From contig JBODTK010000012.1 in NCBI GenBank assembly GCA_050613775.1, positions 1 through 64,000 of the forward strand: 64,000 nt of DNA. Reading direction: 5' to 3'. Origin of the DNA: Neocallimastix sp. 'constans' (taxonomy: Eukaryota). Positions 14,325 through 28,936 of this stretch are shown in pieces. The notes under the pieces were generated by a model. That model did not search any database. It was not told the DNA's origin and was given only the letters and a program-made list of their open reading frames with translations. Position 1 is the stretch's first letter. Each line of letters opens with the position of its first letter. The position numbers were made by a program, and so were the translations under genes.

Positions 14325-17300
14325 AAAAAAAAATTATATAAATTAATATAAAAAATTAATATATTGAAATTATAAAATAACTTCTTAATATATTAAAAAA
14401 AATGATTTAAATATTATATATAATAAAATAAAATTAAAAATAAAAATTAATAATAAAGTGTTAAAGAGATTTATTCAAGCTCAATTAAATTTAACTTATA
14501 ATGAAGATGAACCCGATTATAAAAAAATATTAACTGATAATTGGAAAAAAATTTCATTTACCAATCTTAAAAAATCGCTAATTGTTCATATTTCCAAGCA
14601 AAAAAGTTTCCTTCCCCTACGTATCCCAAAATATTATAAACCAAAATCTTCACCAAAACCCTCTAATGCTTCATTACATAAGAAAAAATCTGGTCCATTA
14701 AAAACTGGACATCACTTACCCACTTTAACCATTAACACTAGTACTGATATGGATGATCAAGAAACCTTAAATTATCAAAATGATAGGATGACTTTACCCA
14801 CAACTTCAGCTCCTGAAAGTGAACAAATTAGTCCAATAAATAATGACTACATAAATCAAATGAATAAAACCGGCAATGGTAATTATTCATACTAATATAT
14901 AATAATTATGAATGATATTGAAATGATAATAAAAAATTGAAATAAAATGAGATTAGAAAGAAGAAGAAGAAGGAAAAAAAAAAAAAAAAAAAAAAAAAGA
15001 AAAATAAATAAATAAATAAATAAATAAATAAAAAAGATTTATGTATATATATTAAATTAATTTAATTTTGAAATATTGTATATCTTTCATAATTTTTATA
15101 TAATCTTATATTTATTATTCTTTTTATTTAAATAATGTATTTTCATAATTTCCTCAAATTAAAAAAAATAATAATAAACAATTACAAAATCACTGAATAG
15201 AAAAATATGAAATAATAAAGAAAGATACTAATAATGTTAATGAAGAATCGATGAATAATGATGAAACTTTAAATAAGGATGTTCCTAGAGTATTATCTGA
15301 AGAAGAGCAATTAATCCTAAGAAAAACACCATCCCTGGACTTATTAAAAAAGTCTCCATATTTACTTTTACGTCTATTAGGGTGTATGAAACCAGTTCCT
15401 TCTTTAGATAATTATCCAAGAGAGAAAAAACTAATTGAGAATATTATTGAAACTGTAAAGCAGGAAGAAGAATTAAATGCGGATATTATTTCAGAATCAG
15501 TTAATTCTTTTTCAAAATTAGATGATGAAACAAGTTCTTCTCAAAATTTGGTTTCATCATCAAATGAAGAAATGATATCAAAATTCCATAATGAAAATCT
15601 TACGAAACCAGCTCAATCTCTAAATAGTTCAAATTCAAATAAAGGTAAAACCAAAGAGGATCATCCAATAAATACGGCAAGCGAAGTTAATAGTAAAATT
15701 AGCAATAATGCTGAAAATACTAATATTAATGAGGCATGCAGTAGTTCCTCTACTAGTACATCAAAACCCATTTTCAATAAACCAATTAATTTACTTGAAG
15801 AATTAAATTTCTTAACTGAATTAAATAATAAAACTAAATCATCTTCAATTATGAATGATATTTCCATTCAAAATCCTAATAATTTAATTAATAGTATTAT
15901 TCTTAAAAATTTTGAAGCTACTGGTAAAAATTGTTATAAAAAAGTTCCTCATTACGTCACTACTATTGAACCAAATCCAAGTACTGACAATCAAAAAAAC
16001 AATGACAATAATGATCAATTAAAATCTTCAGCAATTACAACTACTACAAATAATGAAAATGCCTCAATAAAAACTACAGAATCTATAGCCAGTAAACCAG
16101 ACAAAATCACCGTTAATCATACTACATATGATTCAGAAAATGTTGAAACCAAGTTACCCCCTAAAAATTATCTTGATCTCAGTACAGTTGACTTAAAAAA
16201 TAATGCTTCTGCTGGTAATCGTTTTGATCAAATAGTTAATACCAATACTCTTAAGAATGTTCATATTATTCAAAAGGTAAATATGAATATAACTATTAAA
16301 AAAGAAAGTCTACATAATAAAACGTTTGATCCAAAATTAAAGAAAGAAGAACAAAGTAAAAAGTCTTCTAATATCGGTAAATAAATAAATAAATAATACC
16401 TTTTATATATCTTTAAATAAATATAATAATCATAATATTTTTTTAAAATTAAAGTAATTAAATATTTAAGAAAGTCTTTCTTTCTTTATTATCAAAAAAA
16501 AATTAAAATAAAATAAAATTATGATATACATATATATATATATTTTAATAATTAATTCATTATATTTATAATATAAATATTATTACATATTTTTAAATAT
16601 AGTCATCGAAAAGGAAGCTGTATCAAAATTGAATCAACGTAGTATTTTAAGTAGTAAAATAAAAGAAGAATTAAATTCAGCTAAAGATGATCATCAAAGT
16701 AATATAAAAATAGCCACAAAGACTTCCATTAATTTAAAAGATACAGATTACACAACAACATCTTTAATTACGAATGCTAAAGTATATGAAAGTGGTAATA
16801 AAATGACGGCCAAGAATGATTGTCATTTATCAAAAGATCTTCAAGAGTCAACAAATAATAATAAATCATCTCTAGAGAATTCAAATATGGATACTTCCAT
16901 TATAACATCAAATGTACCTGAAATAGCCACCAACAAAATTCAAAAAGAGTCCGTTTTAAATAAAAAATTTTCAATTCATGATCAACCACACAGAAAAAGA
17001 TATTCAAAGAACAAAAGTAATAGCGATGATAAAGGAGAACAATCAAATAATGATATGGAAACTTGTGAAAATAAAAATTCTAATTCTAATTCTAAAAAAT
17101 TAAGAAATAAGAAAAAGTATAAGCATTTTATACCTATTAATCTAGAAGATATTAATACTGACGGTAAAACCAGATCAACTCATTCTATCAAAGATGGAAA
17201 ACCTAAATTAAATCATAACCATAGACTAGGAAGTAATGAAAAAATAGATGATAATGCTTCTAACCTATCAGCTTCGATGAAATCCAATGGAAACAGTAAT

Positions 17301-17612
17301 AGTAATTCTCCTTCTATTATTTCCTCTATTACTCCAACTACTTCTACCCCAACTACCTTTACAACGACATCTTCTGTCACCACCTCTATTATTAATAAAG
17401 GTAAAAATCGTGTTCATCATCATCTCTTATATTCTAAAGAACCCACACCTGCTCATCCTGATAACTTCTATGAAGATAATGGTAGAGAAAACGATTACTA
17501 TCATCTTAGCCATAGTCGCAACTCAAGTTTCTATGATGATAAAAATATCTCTGAAAATGGTTTTCAAACCCCATCTTCATCACCCACTAATCCATTAAAA
17601 AAATTAAATTAA
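13489..17612 (+). CDS. Hypothetical protein, six exons, with a long N/S/K-rich C-terminal part
   Basis: Exons 13489-13576, 13796-13978, 14125-14211, 14459-14878, 15201-16376 and 16603-17612, all GT-AG with consistent phase. They link ORFs 13786, 14458, 15251 and 16629. Confidence 0.8.
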
Positions 17613-17816
17613 AAATATAAAAGAAAAAAATTGTAAAAATTTAATCAAAAATAAAAATATTAATAACATTAATATTAATAATATTAATAAATAAAATCTA
17701 ATTTATAATAGTTATAATGATAATGATAATAATATAGAATAACAACAACATAATTAAAAAAAATAAAATAAAATAATAATAAGAAAAAAAAAAATAAATA
17801 AATAAATAAATAAAAA

Positions 17817-17850
<34 letters not shown>

Positions 17851-18968
17851 AAAAAGAAACAAAATTAAAACTAAATTGTTAATGAAAAAAATGAATAGAA
17901 TTTAATATCAACCAAATCAGTAAATACACATATATTCTCTTTCCCTCCCCTCTCACCTAATGCATATTTATGTTTTAGTAATATTATTTTAATTAAAATA
18001 ATTTTTTTTTTTTTTATAATTTAATGAAACAATATAATAATAATAATAATAATAATAATGATAATAATAATAATAATAATGATGATGATGATGATAAAAT
18101 TCATTATTATTATTATTTCATTAATCCAAATTCATATTTACATCTAATTTTCAATTAGTAATTGATTATTCTAATATCTTTTATTGTAAAAATATTGAAA
18201 AGCACTAATAAAATAATAATAAATATTTTTTTCTTTTTTTTTTTTTTTTTTAAAAAAATATCATTATTACGATTGTTATATCAAAATGTATACTAAAATA
18301 ATAAATAATTTAAGCTTTTATAAAAAAAAAAAAAAAATTTAATAAAAAAAAATTAACACTCTAATTTCAAATTATGAATAAATAATAAATTTTAACATAA
18401 ATCCAAAACAAAAAAAAAATAAATGATATTTAATATAAATATTATACATACTAATAAAAAAAAAAAATAAAATAAAAAAACCCTCTAATAATTATATTTA
18501 TTGAATATATTAAAGTATATTAATATTATAATTATTATTTAATACATATATATTAATAATAATTATAATAAAATATCATTTTCAATTTAATATAAAATGA
18601 TAATTTCTAATTGTAAAATCAAATTTAAACAAAAATATTTAATATTTTTAAATTATATAATTTTCAGAATTAAAATAACAAGAAATATATTAAATATAAT
18701 TATTTTTTATATTAAATATTATATAATTAATTTCCCTTTTTATTACTTCATATTTTTTTATTTGATAATTGGCGTCTTATTAAAAGAATTCTATTTAATT
18801 TTAAATATTTATGTTTACTTTTTTTTTTTATTATTATTGTTTTTTTTTTTTGTGTGTGTGTTGATACTATTTGTTACATGATATTATTTTTTTTTTTTTT
18901 TTGTTTTCTTTAATAATTATTAAATAATTACTTATTAAAATTATATTTATTTTTTAATATAATTGTTT

Positions 18969-19358
18969 TTAATTATTTTTCCAAGCACCTTCAACAACTT
19001 CGGACTCATCACTGTTTAATTTAAACCAAATGTAATCATGCATACCTCTCCAGTAATATATCATATAAACAGCAGTTTCATTTTGAGGGATAGGTTGAGT
19101 CAAAGCAATACCTGGCATTAATGGAACAGCTGGAGCATCATTAGCTCCTGGAAGAACTGGACTCATAGTATCAGGTGGACCCATTAAAGTACAAACCTTT
19201 TCAACAGAAGTACCTGGTTTACTTAATTCCTGTAATAATTCATTCATAACCTTGTATTTTTCACCTGCTTCAGAATCAACAACTTCATTGTATTGACCAC
19301 CAGTGTATTGACCCTTAATGTTTTTTAATTCTAAAAATTTTTGACCTAAACTTTCCAT
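18969..19358 (-). CDS. Small hypothetical protein (129 aa), coding part intronless
   Basis: Clean ORF with coding-like GC and globular sequence (LMGPPD, YMIYYWRGMHDYIWF). Confidence 0.8.
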   Translation of the reverse strand: MESLGQKFLELKNIKGQYTGGQYNEVVDSEAGEKYKVMNELLQELSKPGTSVEKVCTLMGPPDTMSPVLPGANDAPAVPLMPGIALTQPIPQNETAVYMIYYWRGMHDYIWFKLNSDESEVVEGAWKNN

Positions 19359-19845
19359 TGCTTTATAAAGTAATTTTTAATTATTTGAGTTAAAAAAACA
19401 ATAATAAAAAAAAAAATTAATAAATCAAATAATTTTATGGAATATGAAAAAATATATATATATTAAATAGCAAACAAATCAATTAACTTTTTTTTTAATA
19501 TTTATTATTTCAATATACTATTAAATAAACAATCAATTTTTTTTTTTATTTCAACTCAGTTACACCTTATATTCATTTTATTTATTATAATTCATAATTA
19601 AATTCTTTTATTCTCAAAAATATAACCTCCTGCTATTTCAAAAGAATATAAATTTATTAATTGTTTATCAAACTTACTTTCAATATACTTTTATTTAAAA
19701 ATTGTCAAAAAAAAAGTATTAACTAAATTTATTTAAAATAAATATAATTAAAATAATATAACAAAAAAAAATAAAAAAAGATAAAATAAAAATAAAAATT
19801 TTTCCTCTTTTATATTCATTTTTATCTGTATTAAATCTAATATAT

Positions 19846-20003
<158 letters not shown>

Positions 20004-20442
20004 TAATATTACTCTTATTATTATTTATTATTATTCATTATTTAATATTTTAATATTTATTTACTTATTTATTTATTAATTTATTAATTTATTAATTATT
20101 ATTCATTATTTAATATTTAATATTTATTTATTTATTTATTAATTTATAAATTATTATTTTTTTACAAATATTAAACATATATTATAATGCTTTAATTATT
20201 ATTTATTAAAAATTAACTAATCAAAAAAATAATATTAATAATTTTTTTTTTAAAGTCATTTAATAAGAGATAAAAATACTTCCAATAAAACGACGATGAT
20301 CAAGACCAGAAAATAAGATAAAATATAATTTACTATTAACTACTAAATTTTCTTAGAGTGTTATTATGTATGACTAAAAAAAAAAATATAATATATAAAA
20401 AAAAGTGTTTTTTTGATTTAATTAGTATAGTTCTATAATTCA

Positions 20443-20480
<38 letters not shown>

Positions 20481-20998
20481 ATTTGTATTTGATAGTTTTA
20501 TATTAATTAAAAGGAAGTTTTATTTTGAGTTTATGTTGATTTATCCACACTATTTAATCTATAATTTTGAATTTAAACTAACCCTTTAAATATAATATTA
20601 ATAACTATAAAATTTAAGAAAATAAAATTTTATTTTTCTATTTTAAATTTTTTTTTTTTTTTTTTTTTAATATTTTTTAACAACATTAACTAAATTAAAT
20701 TTAATTTATTTAATTAAAATTTATAATAATATTTTAACTTTTCCTATTTTCTATTTTTTATTTTTTTTTCTCTATAAAACAAAAAAAATTTTAATTTCAA
20801 GGAACAAAATTAAAATTATTATATATTTATAATTTAATTTTATAATTTATTTATTTTTATTTTTTACTTTTTATTTTCTATTTTCTATTTTTATTATTTC
20901 TGCTTTTTTTTTTTTTTTTTTTTCTTTTTATTTCTATTTTATATAAAATTTTTATTATATTTATATAAAGTAATAGTGAACATTTTAATGAAAATAAA

Positions 20999-22701
20999 AT
21001 GTCATTCACAGCACCTTGGCATAACGGGAATAGTAATGGGCCTTCCAATGGAATGCCTATGCAAAATATGTCCAATATTCAAAACATGCAGAAAATACAG
21101 AACATGGGAAATATGCCAAATATGCCTAGTATGCAAAATATAATGCAAAATATGACACTTCCAGGAATGCCATTACAACCACCAATGAATTTTATGAAAA
21201 GTAATTTTAATTTTATAAAATAGTAGATATTATTTATTATTTAACGATAGTAGTAATCATGAATTATTATATAATTTTCAATAATATAAACTAAAAATAA
21301 ATAAAAGAGAAAATTAAATTAGTAAAGAATTTGTAATTGAAAAATTTATTATAATATTATTGTCATTACGAGAAATTAAAATAAATGAAAGAGAAAATTA
21401 AAGAAATAAAAAGAAATAAACATTAAAATAAGATTTTTAAGGAAGATAAATACTTGGTTAATAGAAAGACGTAATTTTTATGGTTTAAATGTTTACAATT
21501 AATATCTAATATTTTTATGGATTAATTATATCCAATGAGTACCTAATTTTTTTTCTTGAAAATAATAATTAAAATAATAAATTTTGTGATATTATAAAAA
21601 AATATGTAGTAATAAAAGGAAATAGTGAAATAAAAATAATTAGTATAATATATATGTATATTTTTAAACTTCTTTAGAAAATCTTACATTAATATTATCG
21701 AATATATATATATATATATTTTTATTTTATAAGTGAATCAATTTAATCAAGGAATATTTATGCCCCCATCAAATTCAAATAATTTTACATCATCTAATCA
21801 ACCAATACCTTCAATGAATCCATCACAAAATTCAATTGGTATGGCAATAGAACAATTTAACAATTTTACTAATACTAATGGTAATGAATTTATGGATATT
21901 TTGGAAGCAATTACCAAAGATTGTTCACAATCGAATATTAAAGTAATTATTTATTTTATATATTTTATGATATTAGTCCTCAAAAAAGATTTAAAAAAAA
22001 AAAAAAAGGAAAAATTCTTTATATATATGTACATTTATCAAACAAAACAAAAACAAAAACAAAAATAAAAAAAAACTAAGGTCTTCATCTGATATTAATA
22101 AATCGTTATATACATTCTTTTCTTATATATATATATATTTAAAATTAAAATTATTCAAATTTTAAAATATAGAAAGGAACAAGATGGTTTTTTGATCATT
22201 GTAATTCACCTATTTTTGTCGAACAATTAGGACCTTTATTAATTACATATACCCAATCAAAAATGATATTTAAAGAAAAATTACATATCACATATCTTAT
22301 AAATGATGTATTATTTCATAGGTATATAAATTTTAATTTAAAATTTATAAAATATTAACTTATATAAAATTAAAATTCTATATTATTCGAATTTTGTATA
22401 ATAGTGAAAATAAAAAAAAACCATGGATAAAAGAACAAATGTGTCATTTCCTAATTCCTTTATTTAATATGATATATCATTCAATAAGATTATCAAGTGA
22501 TGAAATAGAAAAGTTATATAAAGTAAGAAAATAAATTACTTAATAATTATAAAACTATAATTAAATAATTATATAATTTATAATAACAAATATTAATTAA
22601 TAATTATATATATATTATTGTAATAAAACAACAACAACGACAATAATAATAATAATAATAATAATAAAAATAATAATTATAATAATAATAAAAATAATAA
22701 T

Positions 22702-22741
<40 letters not shown>

Positions 22742-22763
22742 TTAATAATTATAATAATATAAT

Positions 22764-22808
<45 letters not shown>

Positions 22809-24650
22809 TAAACAACATTAATAACAATTTCAATAATAATAATAAAGGTAATATCGATATGGGAAAATAAAAAATATTTTGAAGTTGGATTTATTAATGC
22901 ACTAAGAAATGGTATGATATCACAGCAACCTATGATACCTCCACCAATATCACCACCACCTCCTCCTTCTATGATGATACCACCTACCATGGTTCAACCC
23001 CCACCATTGGTTCAACAACAACAAATTACACCTGAAAATAAAAAGTATTATGAATTACCAGCTGGCTTGAGTGTTTTATGTGGATGGGTAAATTTTGGAA
23101 AAATATATTTTTTTAATTACTGTAATATTAAAAAAAAAAAAAAAAAAAATATTTATATAATTTAAATTATTAAATATTTTAATTATTAGGATAATAAAAA
23201 AATATTTTTATAATATTATTAAAACTAATAAATAAATAATATTAATAAATTTTAAAGCATGAAAGTCCATATATACCAATAAAAGTAGAAGATATTACAG
23301 CACCTTACCAATGCAAACAACCAACAAATGAATTATTAAAGGCTATAGATGAATTTTATGTTGGATTGGAACAGCAAAAAAGGTTATTAAATAAAGAAAA
23401 TGAAGATATTAATATTAATGATAGATCATCTGTAATTAACAACAATATCAACAACAACAACAATAATAATAATAAATATACTTCTAATAAAGAAATAATA
23501 TTTGAAAATGATGGCTGGGAAAAAGGTTTTTTAGACTTTTTATATGAGGAAAGAAGAAAACAAAGAGAGAAAGAAAAGAAGAAGAACTATGATAGATACC
23601 ATTCAAGAAGTAGAAGTAGAAGTGGAAGTCGAGGAAGAAGAAGAAGTAGAAGTGAAAGTCGGGAAAGAAGCAGAAGCAGAAGTAGAAGCAGAAGCAGAAG
23701 TATTGATCATAGACATAATAGTAATGATAGAAGAAAAAAGGACCAACGTCATTCTTCTACTCATAGAAGTCATAGAAGTTCGTCGAATTCAAGATCAAAA
23801 TCTAGATCAAGATCTAGAAATAGTAGATCAAAATCAAGGTCAATGTCAAGATCCAGATCTCGTTATTCTAGAGAAAGAAGTAAAAATAGAAGCAGAAGCA
23901 GGAGTAGCAGCAGTAGTTATAGTAGGAGTAGAAGCAGTAGTAGAAGTAGTAGAAGTAGAAGTAGGAGTAGTAGTAGAAGTAGGAGTAGTAGTAGAAGTAG
24001 AAAATATAGTGATTCAGAAGATGAAGATATTGATGGTATACCACTTTCAGCATCACAGGCTAATAATTTCATGATAGGCTCAACTGGTGGAGTTGGATTA
24101 GGATCCTCCACAGTATCTACTGAAGTTAGTGGAGGTTTAGATAAAAATAATATTGGTTTCCAAATGATGAAAAAGCTTGGTAAGTTTTATATTATTGTTA
24201 TTATATAAACAATAAAAGAAAAAAAGAAGGAAGTAAAATAAATAAATAAGTAAATTAATAAATAAATAAATAATAAAAATGTATAATAAAGAATATAATT
24301 TTTTATAAAAAAAAAAAGGGAATAGTTTATTGATTGAAAAATAAATTATTGTTATTATTATTATTATTATTATTATTAAATTAGGTTGGTCTGGTACAGG
24401 ATTAGGTAAAGAAGAAAAAGGTATAGTAGAGCCGGTAAAAGGGGGTGAAGTACGTACTCTTGAAAATAAATATATGGGTATTGGTATTAGTACAACCCCT
24501 ACAACGGTGACTACGACTTCAGGTGGTTTATCAGGACTTTCTGATGATAAATTTGAAGAGTATCGCAAGAGTAAAAGTTATACTTATTCCAGAGATCCAA
24601 ATGGTAGAAGAAGAAGAGAACCTATTGGATGTTATCGTTGTGGAAAAGTA

Positions 24651-24685
<35 letters not shown>

Positions 24686-24813
24686 CTGTTTATTAATTTA
24701 TTTTATCATTTTAATTTTTAATTTTTAATTTTTATATTTTATATATTATTATTTTTAATTTATAAAAAAAGCATGGGCATATTGCAAGAGATTGTCAAGA
24801 ATTTGGCTGGTAG
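20999..24813 (+). CDS. CHERP-like splicing-associated protein (CID domain, RS domain, G-patch, C-terminal CCHC zinc knuckle)
   Basis: Approximate exons 20999-21200, 21733-21942, 22173-22321, 22405-22521, 22848-23087, 23258-24179, 24385-24647 and 24772-24813. Motifs: CID-like KLHITYLINDVLFH, YYELPAGL, long RS tract, G-patch [51 protein letters not shown]. Confidence 0.85.
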
Positions 24814-26036
24814 AACTGTAATTAAAAATGAATATATATATAGTAGTATTTTGCTACATCTTTCTTCCATTCTTTTATATATATAATTTAATCAAATACT
24901 ATTGAAATTTTATATAAAATAATAATAGTAATAATGATAATAAATATTGTCATTGATAATAACCTGTAATATAATTAATATATTATTTCTTTTTAAAAAT
25001 ATAAATAATATAGTTTAGAATTATGAAATATAAAAAAATATATCAATACTTTATATATTTCCTTTTTTTTTTTTTTTTTAGCATTAATTTTTTTATATTT
25101 ATTTCATTATTTAAATACATATAATATAAAAATAAAATATAATTAATATAAATTAGAAAAAAAAATAAAAATAAAATAAAATAAATAAAATTAAATAATA
25201 TAAAAACATAAAAAAATAAAAATAAATAAATAAATAAAAAAAAAAAATAAAAAAAAAAAAAAAAACTTCATATTTAAATAAATATTATTTTAGTTTTATT
25301 TAATAATATTTTCATTAATAAAATAGAATATATCATAAGATATAAATTGTTATTATTATTTAATTTTTCTTTCCTTTGAATGTTATACTTTATATTTATA
25401 TTTCAATTATTTATTTTATTTCATTTTATTTCATCTGTACTTTATATTTATATTTCAAATATTTATTTTATTTTATTTTATTTTTTTGTAATACTTTTAT
25501 ATTTATATGACTTCAATATTTATTTTATTTTATTTTATTTTTATTAATACTTTACTCTTTTATATTACTTCATTATTTATATTATATCATTTTATTTTAT
25601 TTTTATTAATACTTTACTATTCTATATTACTATACTATTCATTCAAAGGTAATCGAAAAAGTATTATTAATAAAAAGTTTTTTTTTTTCCATTTGACTTA
25701 ATCAATAATATTTTAAATCCTGAATTTCTATCAAGAAGAAGATACAGTCCAATTAATGTTACTTTTAAAATTTTTCTTTGAAATATTAGGAATGTTCAAT
25801 GATTTTTTATGAACAATCAAAGAAAAATTAATAATAAAAAATTCATCAACAAACTAAATGAACTACTGTCTAAATTTTATAACAAAATTTAGGAAATGAA
25901 AATATCTAGTATGTACTGATACTATTACTATCACAACAATAATGAAAACGATGATGGTCATTTTACTGCCATAATATTACTTTTAATATAAAATTTCATA
26001 TCCAACAAAAAAAAAAAAAAGTAAAAAAAAAATAAA

Positions 26037-26076
<40 letters not shown>

Positions 26077-26079
<3 letters not shown>

Positions 26080-26380
26080 AATGAAAACTATAAATATTTT
26101 ATAAAAACGAATTTGAATTTCTGATCTTGTTGGAGCACATAACACAATGCCATCTACAAAGAGATCTCCACAACAAGGTCTGTCACCAATAGAGATTCCA
26201 TAGTTATCGCATTTATTAAAAATGTCGTTAATGATAAAGTTAAATAAAATTGGTGAAAGAACACAACCTTGAGGAACACCTTTCTTAGTATTAAATGATT
26301 CCAATAATTTTCCATCAACCCTTACATAAGCCTTGGAAGATAAGTATAAGTTTTCAATAAATTTATAACACTTATCTCCA
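26077..26380 (-). pseudogene. Non-LTR retrotransposon (LINE) reverse transcriptase fragment
   Basis: GVPQGCVLSPILFNFIINDIF followed by LFVDGIVL (degenerate F/YADD). These are LINE RT motifs 4-5. Confidence 0.85.
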
Positions 26381-27640
26381 TTTTTTTTTTTTTTTTTTTT
26401 TTTTTAGACTTAAGAGAATAACTTTATTTAATTTATAATAATAATAAATTATATGATTTAAATGAAAAAAATAAAATACATGAAATGAAATATTATATAT
26501 TATATAGTTATAAAAGTGCATTAGAAGCAATAGTATCTAACTTTTCCCATTCATCGATGATAACACCACGTCCATTATTGTGAATAATAATTTCAGTATT
26601 AATGTTATCAACCGAATCTGTATCAGATCTTTCATCGGGAGGTGAAAATCCATACTTTATCATTTCGACGTCGACGCTCTTAGCAACGGTAGATTCAACG
26701 GAATACCATTTCAACATCAATCTAAAAGATCGACAAATTAATGGTATTACGTTTGTTATTTTTTTTTTTTTTTTTTTTTTATAGCCGCAATTATTGCGAA
26801 CTTTAATCTTTATTTATTTATTCTTATATAAAATACATGAATACTTTTAATTTTAATAAAAAATAAAAAAACACAGAATTAATAAATAAATAAATAAAAA
26901 AAAATATTTTTTCAATTGAACATAATAATAAATGAAATAGTAACGTGAAAAAAAAAGTAATAATCAAAAATAAGGGTATAAGTAAATTCAGAAAAAAGTT
27001 CATATGCAACGAACCTCACCTCCTTATGGATTAGGGTTTGAATTGACCATCTGAAAGAAATTATGGTCTTCTCCTTCAGAGGCGTTGGCCCTGCTAGCCT
27101 GTCTTACTGCATTTTCAGCGTTGACGCTCCTGGTTAGTTTGCGCTTATATTTTCGGAATAGTAGCCCTTGCCGTGTACTAGCCCGAGGCATAATTTCTGT
27201 AAAGAGAGCCACAGATCCCACCAAGAATGGCGTTTTTGAATAATCACCATAAATGATTTGGTTCTTAAACAAAATATTCCATTCTTTTTTATAATTTAAA
27301 TCTATTATATCTGCATCCCTTCCACCAAGAAGAAAGTTATATAATCGGTACCACGTCATATTTACGTTTGTTAGAAACTCCGCAATCCCCACTAAATACG
27401 AAACAGTCCACGAAGTTGAACTTTATTTAAAAATACTGTCAACTAATTGTCTTTGTTCCATATCATTAAGTTTAATTTTTTCATATATTGAACGCCCGCC
27501 AAGAACACTCAATAAAAATAATCTTATTCTGAATCTTGCAAAACATCCAATGATTTATCATTTTTAATTAACAGCCCTTCAAAATACTTTTTTTTATTTA
27601 TTGCATTGAGCACCTTGTCCTATTTTAATGTATTACAAAC
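26381..27640 (-). mobile_element. Two stacked 5'-truncated LINE 3' ends, each with a poly(A) tail (poly-T on + at 26381-26405 and 26758-26780)
   Basis: 26781-27640 shares its 3' end with 45481-45780 (ATAGCCGCAATTATTGCGAAC vs ATAGCTGCAATTATTGCAAAC; GGTCTTCTCCTTCAGA) and carries an ORF remnant (27024-27392). 26406-26757 shares CGACGTCGACGCTCTT with the 46.3-48.3 kb copies. Confidence 0.7.
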
Positions 27641-27879
27641 ATAACATATACAATAATAATATTTGTTACCTTTCAACTTTAATTCCAAATAAATATCTTG
27701 ATTATTTTATAATTTACATACTCAAAAACAAAAATAAAAAAACGACAACACCATTGTATATTTTTTCATACACTTAATTTCACAAAATTAATAACATATT
27801 TTTAATTTTTTTTTGCGTATTTTTATTTAATTTTTAAAGATTCTAAAATCATGATATGCATCATATTTAATCAATGAAT

Positions 27880-28530
27880 CTAGTAGAAGAAACCAAGAAT
27901 CTTACCACCAGTCTTCTTTCTTCTGGCTTCTTCGTGGTCCATAATACCAGCAGAAGTGGTAAGAACAATGTAACCGAATTGACGGGATGGAAGAAGGTCG
28001 TTAATCCATTTTTCGAAATCGTTTAACTTAACATTGAATCTTGGGGAGATAACACCACACTTGTTAAGACGACCATTAAGTTGGATAACAATCTTACCAG
28101 AACGGTGGTCATCAATGATTTCAAATTCACCAATGTAACCTATTCAAATTAAAAAAAAATTAATTATTACTTAGTTACAAATATTTATAATAATTATAAC
28201 ACTATTTTTTATTTTTGGTTGTTTGTTATTTAATGAATGAAAATAAAGTTTATTGGTATTAAACTTCACTATATTAAAACTTTAAAAAATTGTTTTATCG
28301 AAGCATTAAAAAACAAAGCCCACATTAAATAAAGAACTCCATCCAGTTATTACTTCGAATTCATTTTTTATTTAATTTTATTAAATTTGATACATACCAT
28401 GCTTTTGCATAACTGAAAGGAATTTGACAATAACCTTAGAGGATGGACGGACTAAAACTTGTCTCTTACCAACCTTTTCGGCGTTGACAATAGACTTAAG
28501 ACAATCAGCTAAGACGGAAATTCTGACCAT
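27880..28530 (-). CDS. RPS22: 40S ribosomal protein uS8 (S22 / S15a)
   Basis: Exon 28530-28398 [45 protein letters not shown], intron 28397-28140, exon 28139-27880 [34 protein letters not shown]...GGKILGFFY*. Missing from the ORF track. Confidence 0.97.
28221..28359 (-). ncRNA. snR44: Intronic box H/ACA snoRNA, snR44-like (guide for the SSU rRNA site equivalent to yeast Psi106)
   Basis: Hairpin TCGAAGTA...TGCTTCGA, H box ATAAAA, second hairpin, ACA at 28226-28224. Pocket strands ATAACT and TTTAAT are complementary to 18S AUUAAA-U-C-AGUUAU. It sits in the coding intron of RPS22, as snR44 does in yeast RPS22B. Confidence 0.8.
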
Positions 28531-28936
28531 GTTGATTCACTGAATCTATATTATTTTAAATTTAATTATGTACAAATTATACAATATAAAATAAAATAAA
28601 TTTGCATATTAGTAAACTAATAACGGCCATACGAGTGTCGTAACTTTATATATTTATATAGTAATTAATATATAAAACATAAGATACGAGTCAATAAGCC
28701 TTATATATAATATTACTCATAATAAATAATTAACACTCTTAACAAAAAAAATAAAATAAATAAAAACTAAAATAAAAATAATCATTTGATGGAACTATTG
28801 CCCAATCCATCATTTATCATTAATTGATAGATAAGGTTAAATCAACCAGTCTACTGTTAAATGGTGGACGGACAACAACCACCATTTTAACTAATATCCA
28901 ACATCATAAACTCATTGTTTAAGCACTAATTCATAC

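Noticed and set aside
23544..24568. Alternative-frame and antisense ORFs over the RS region
   Set aside because: Shadows of the AGT/AGA repeats in the CHERP-like exon.
25720..25990. Coding-like scrap (FKIFL*NIRN) as a LINE endonuclease start
   Set aside because: Too degenerate to support.
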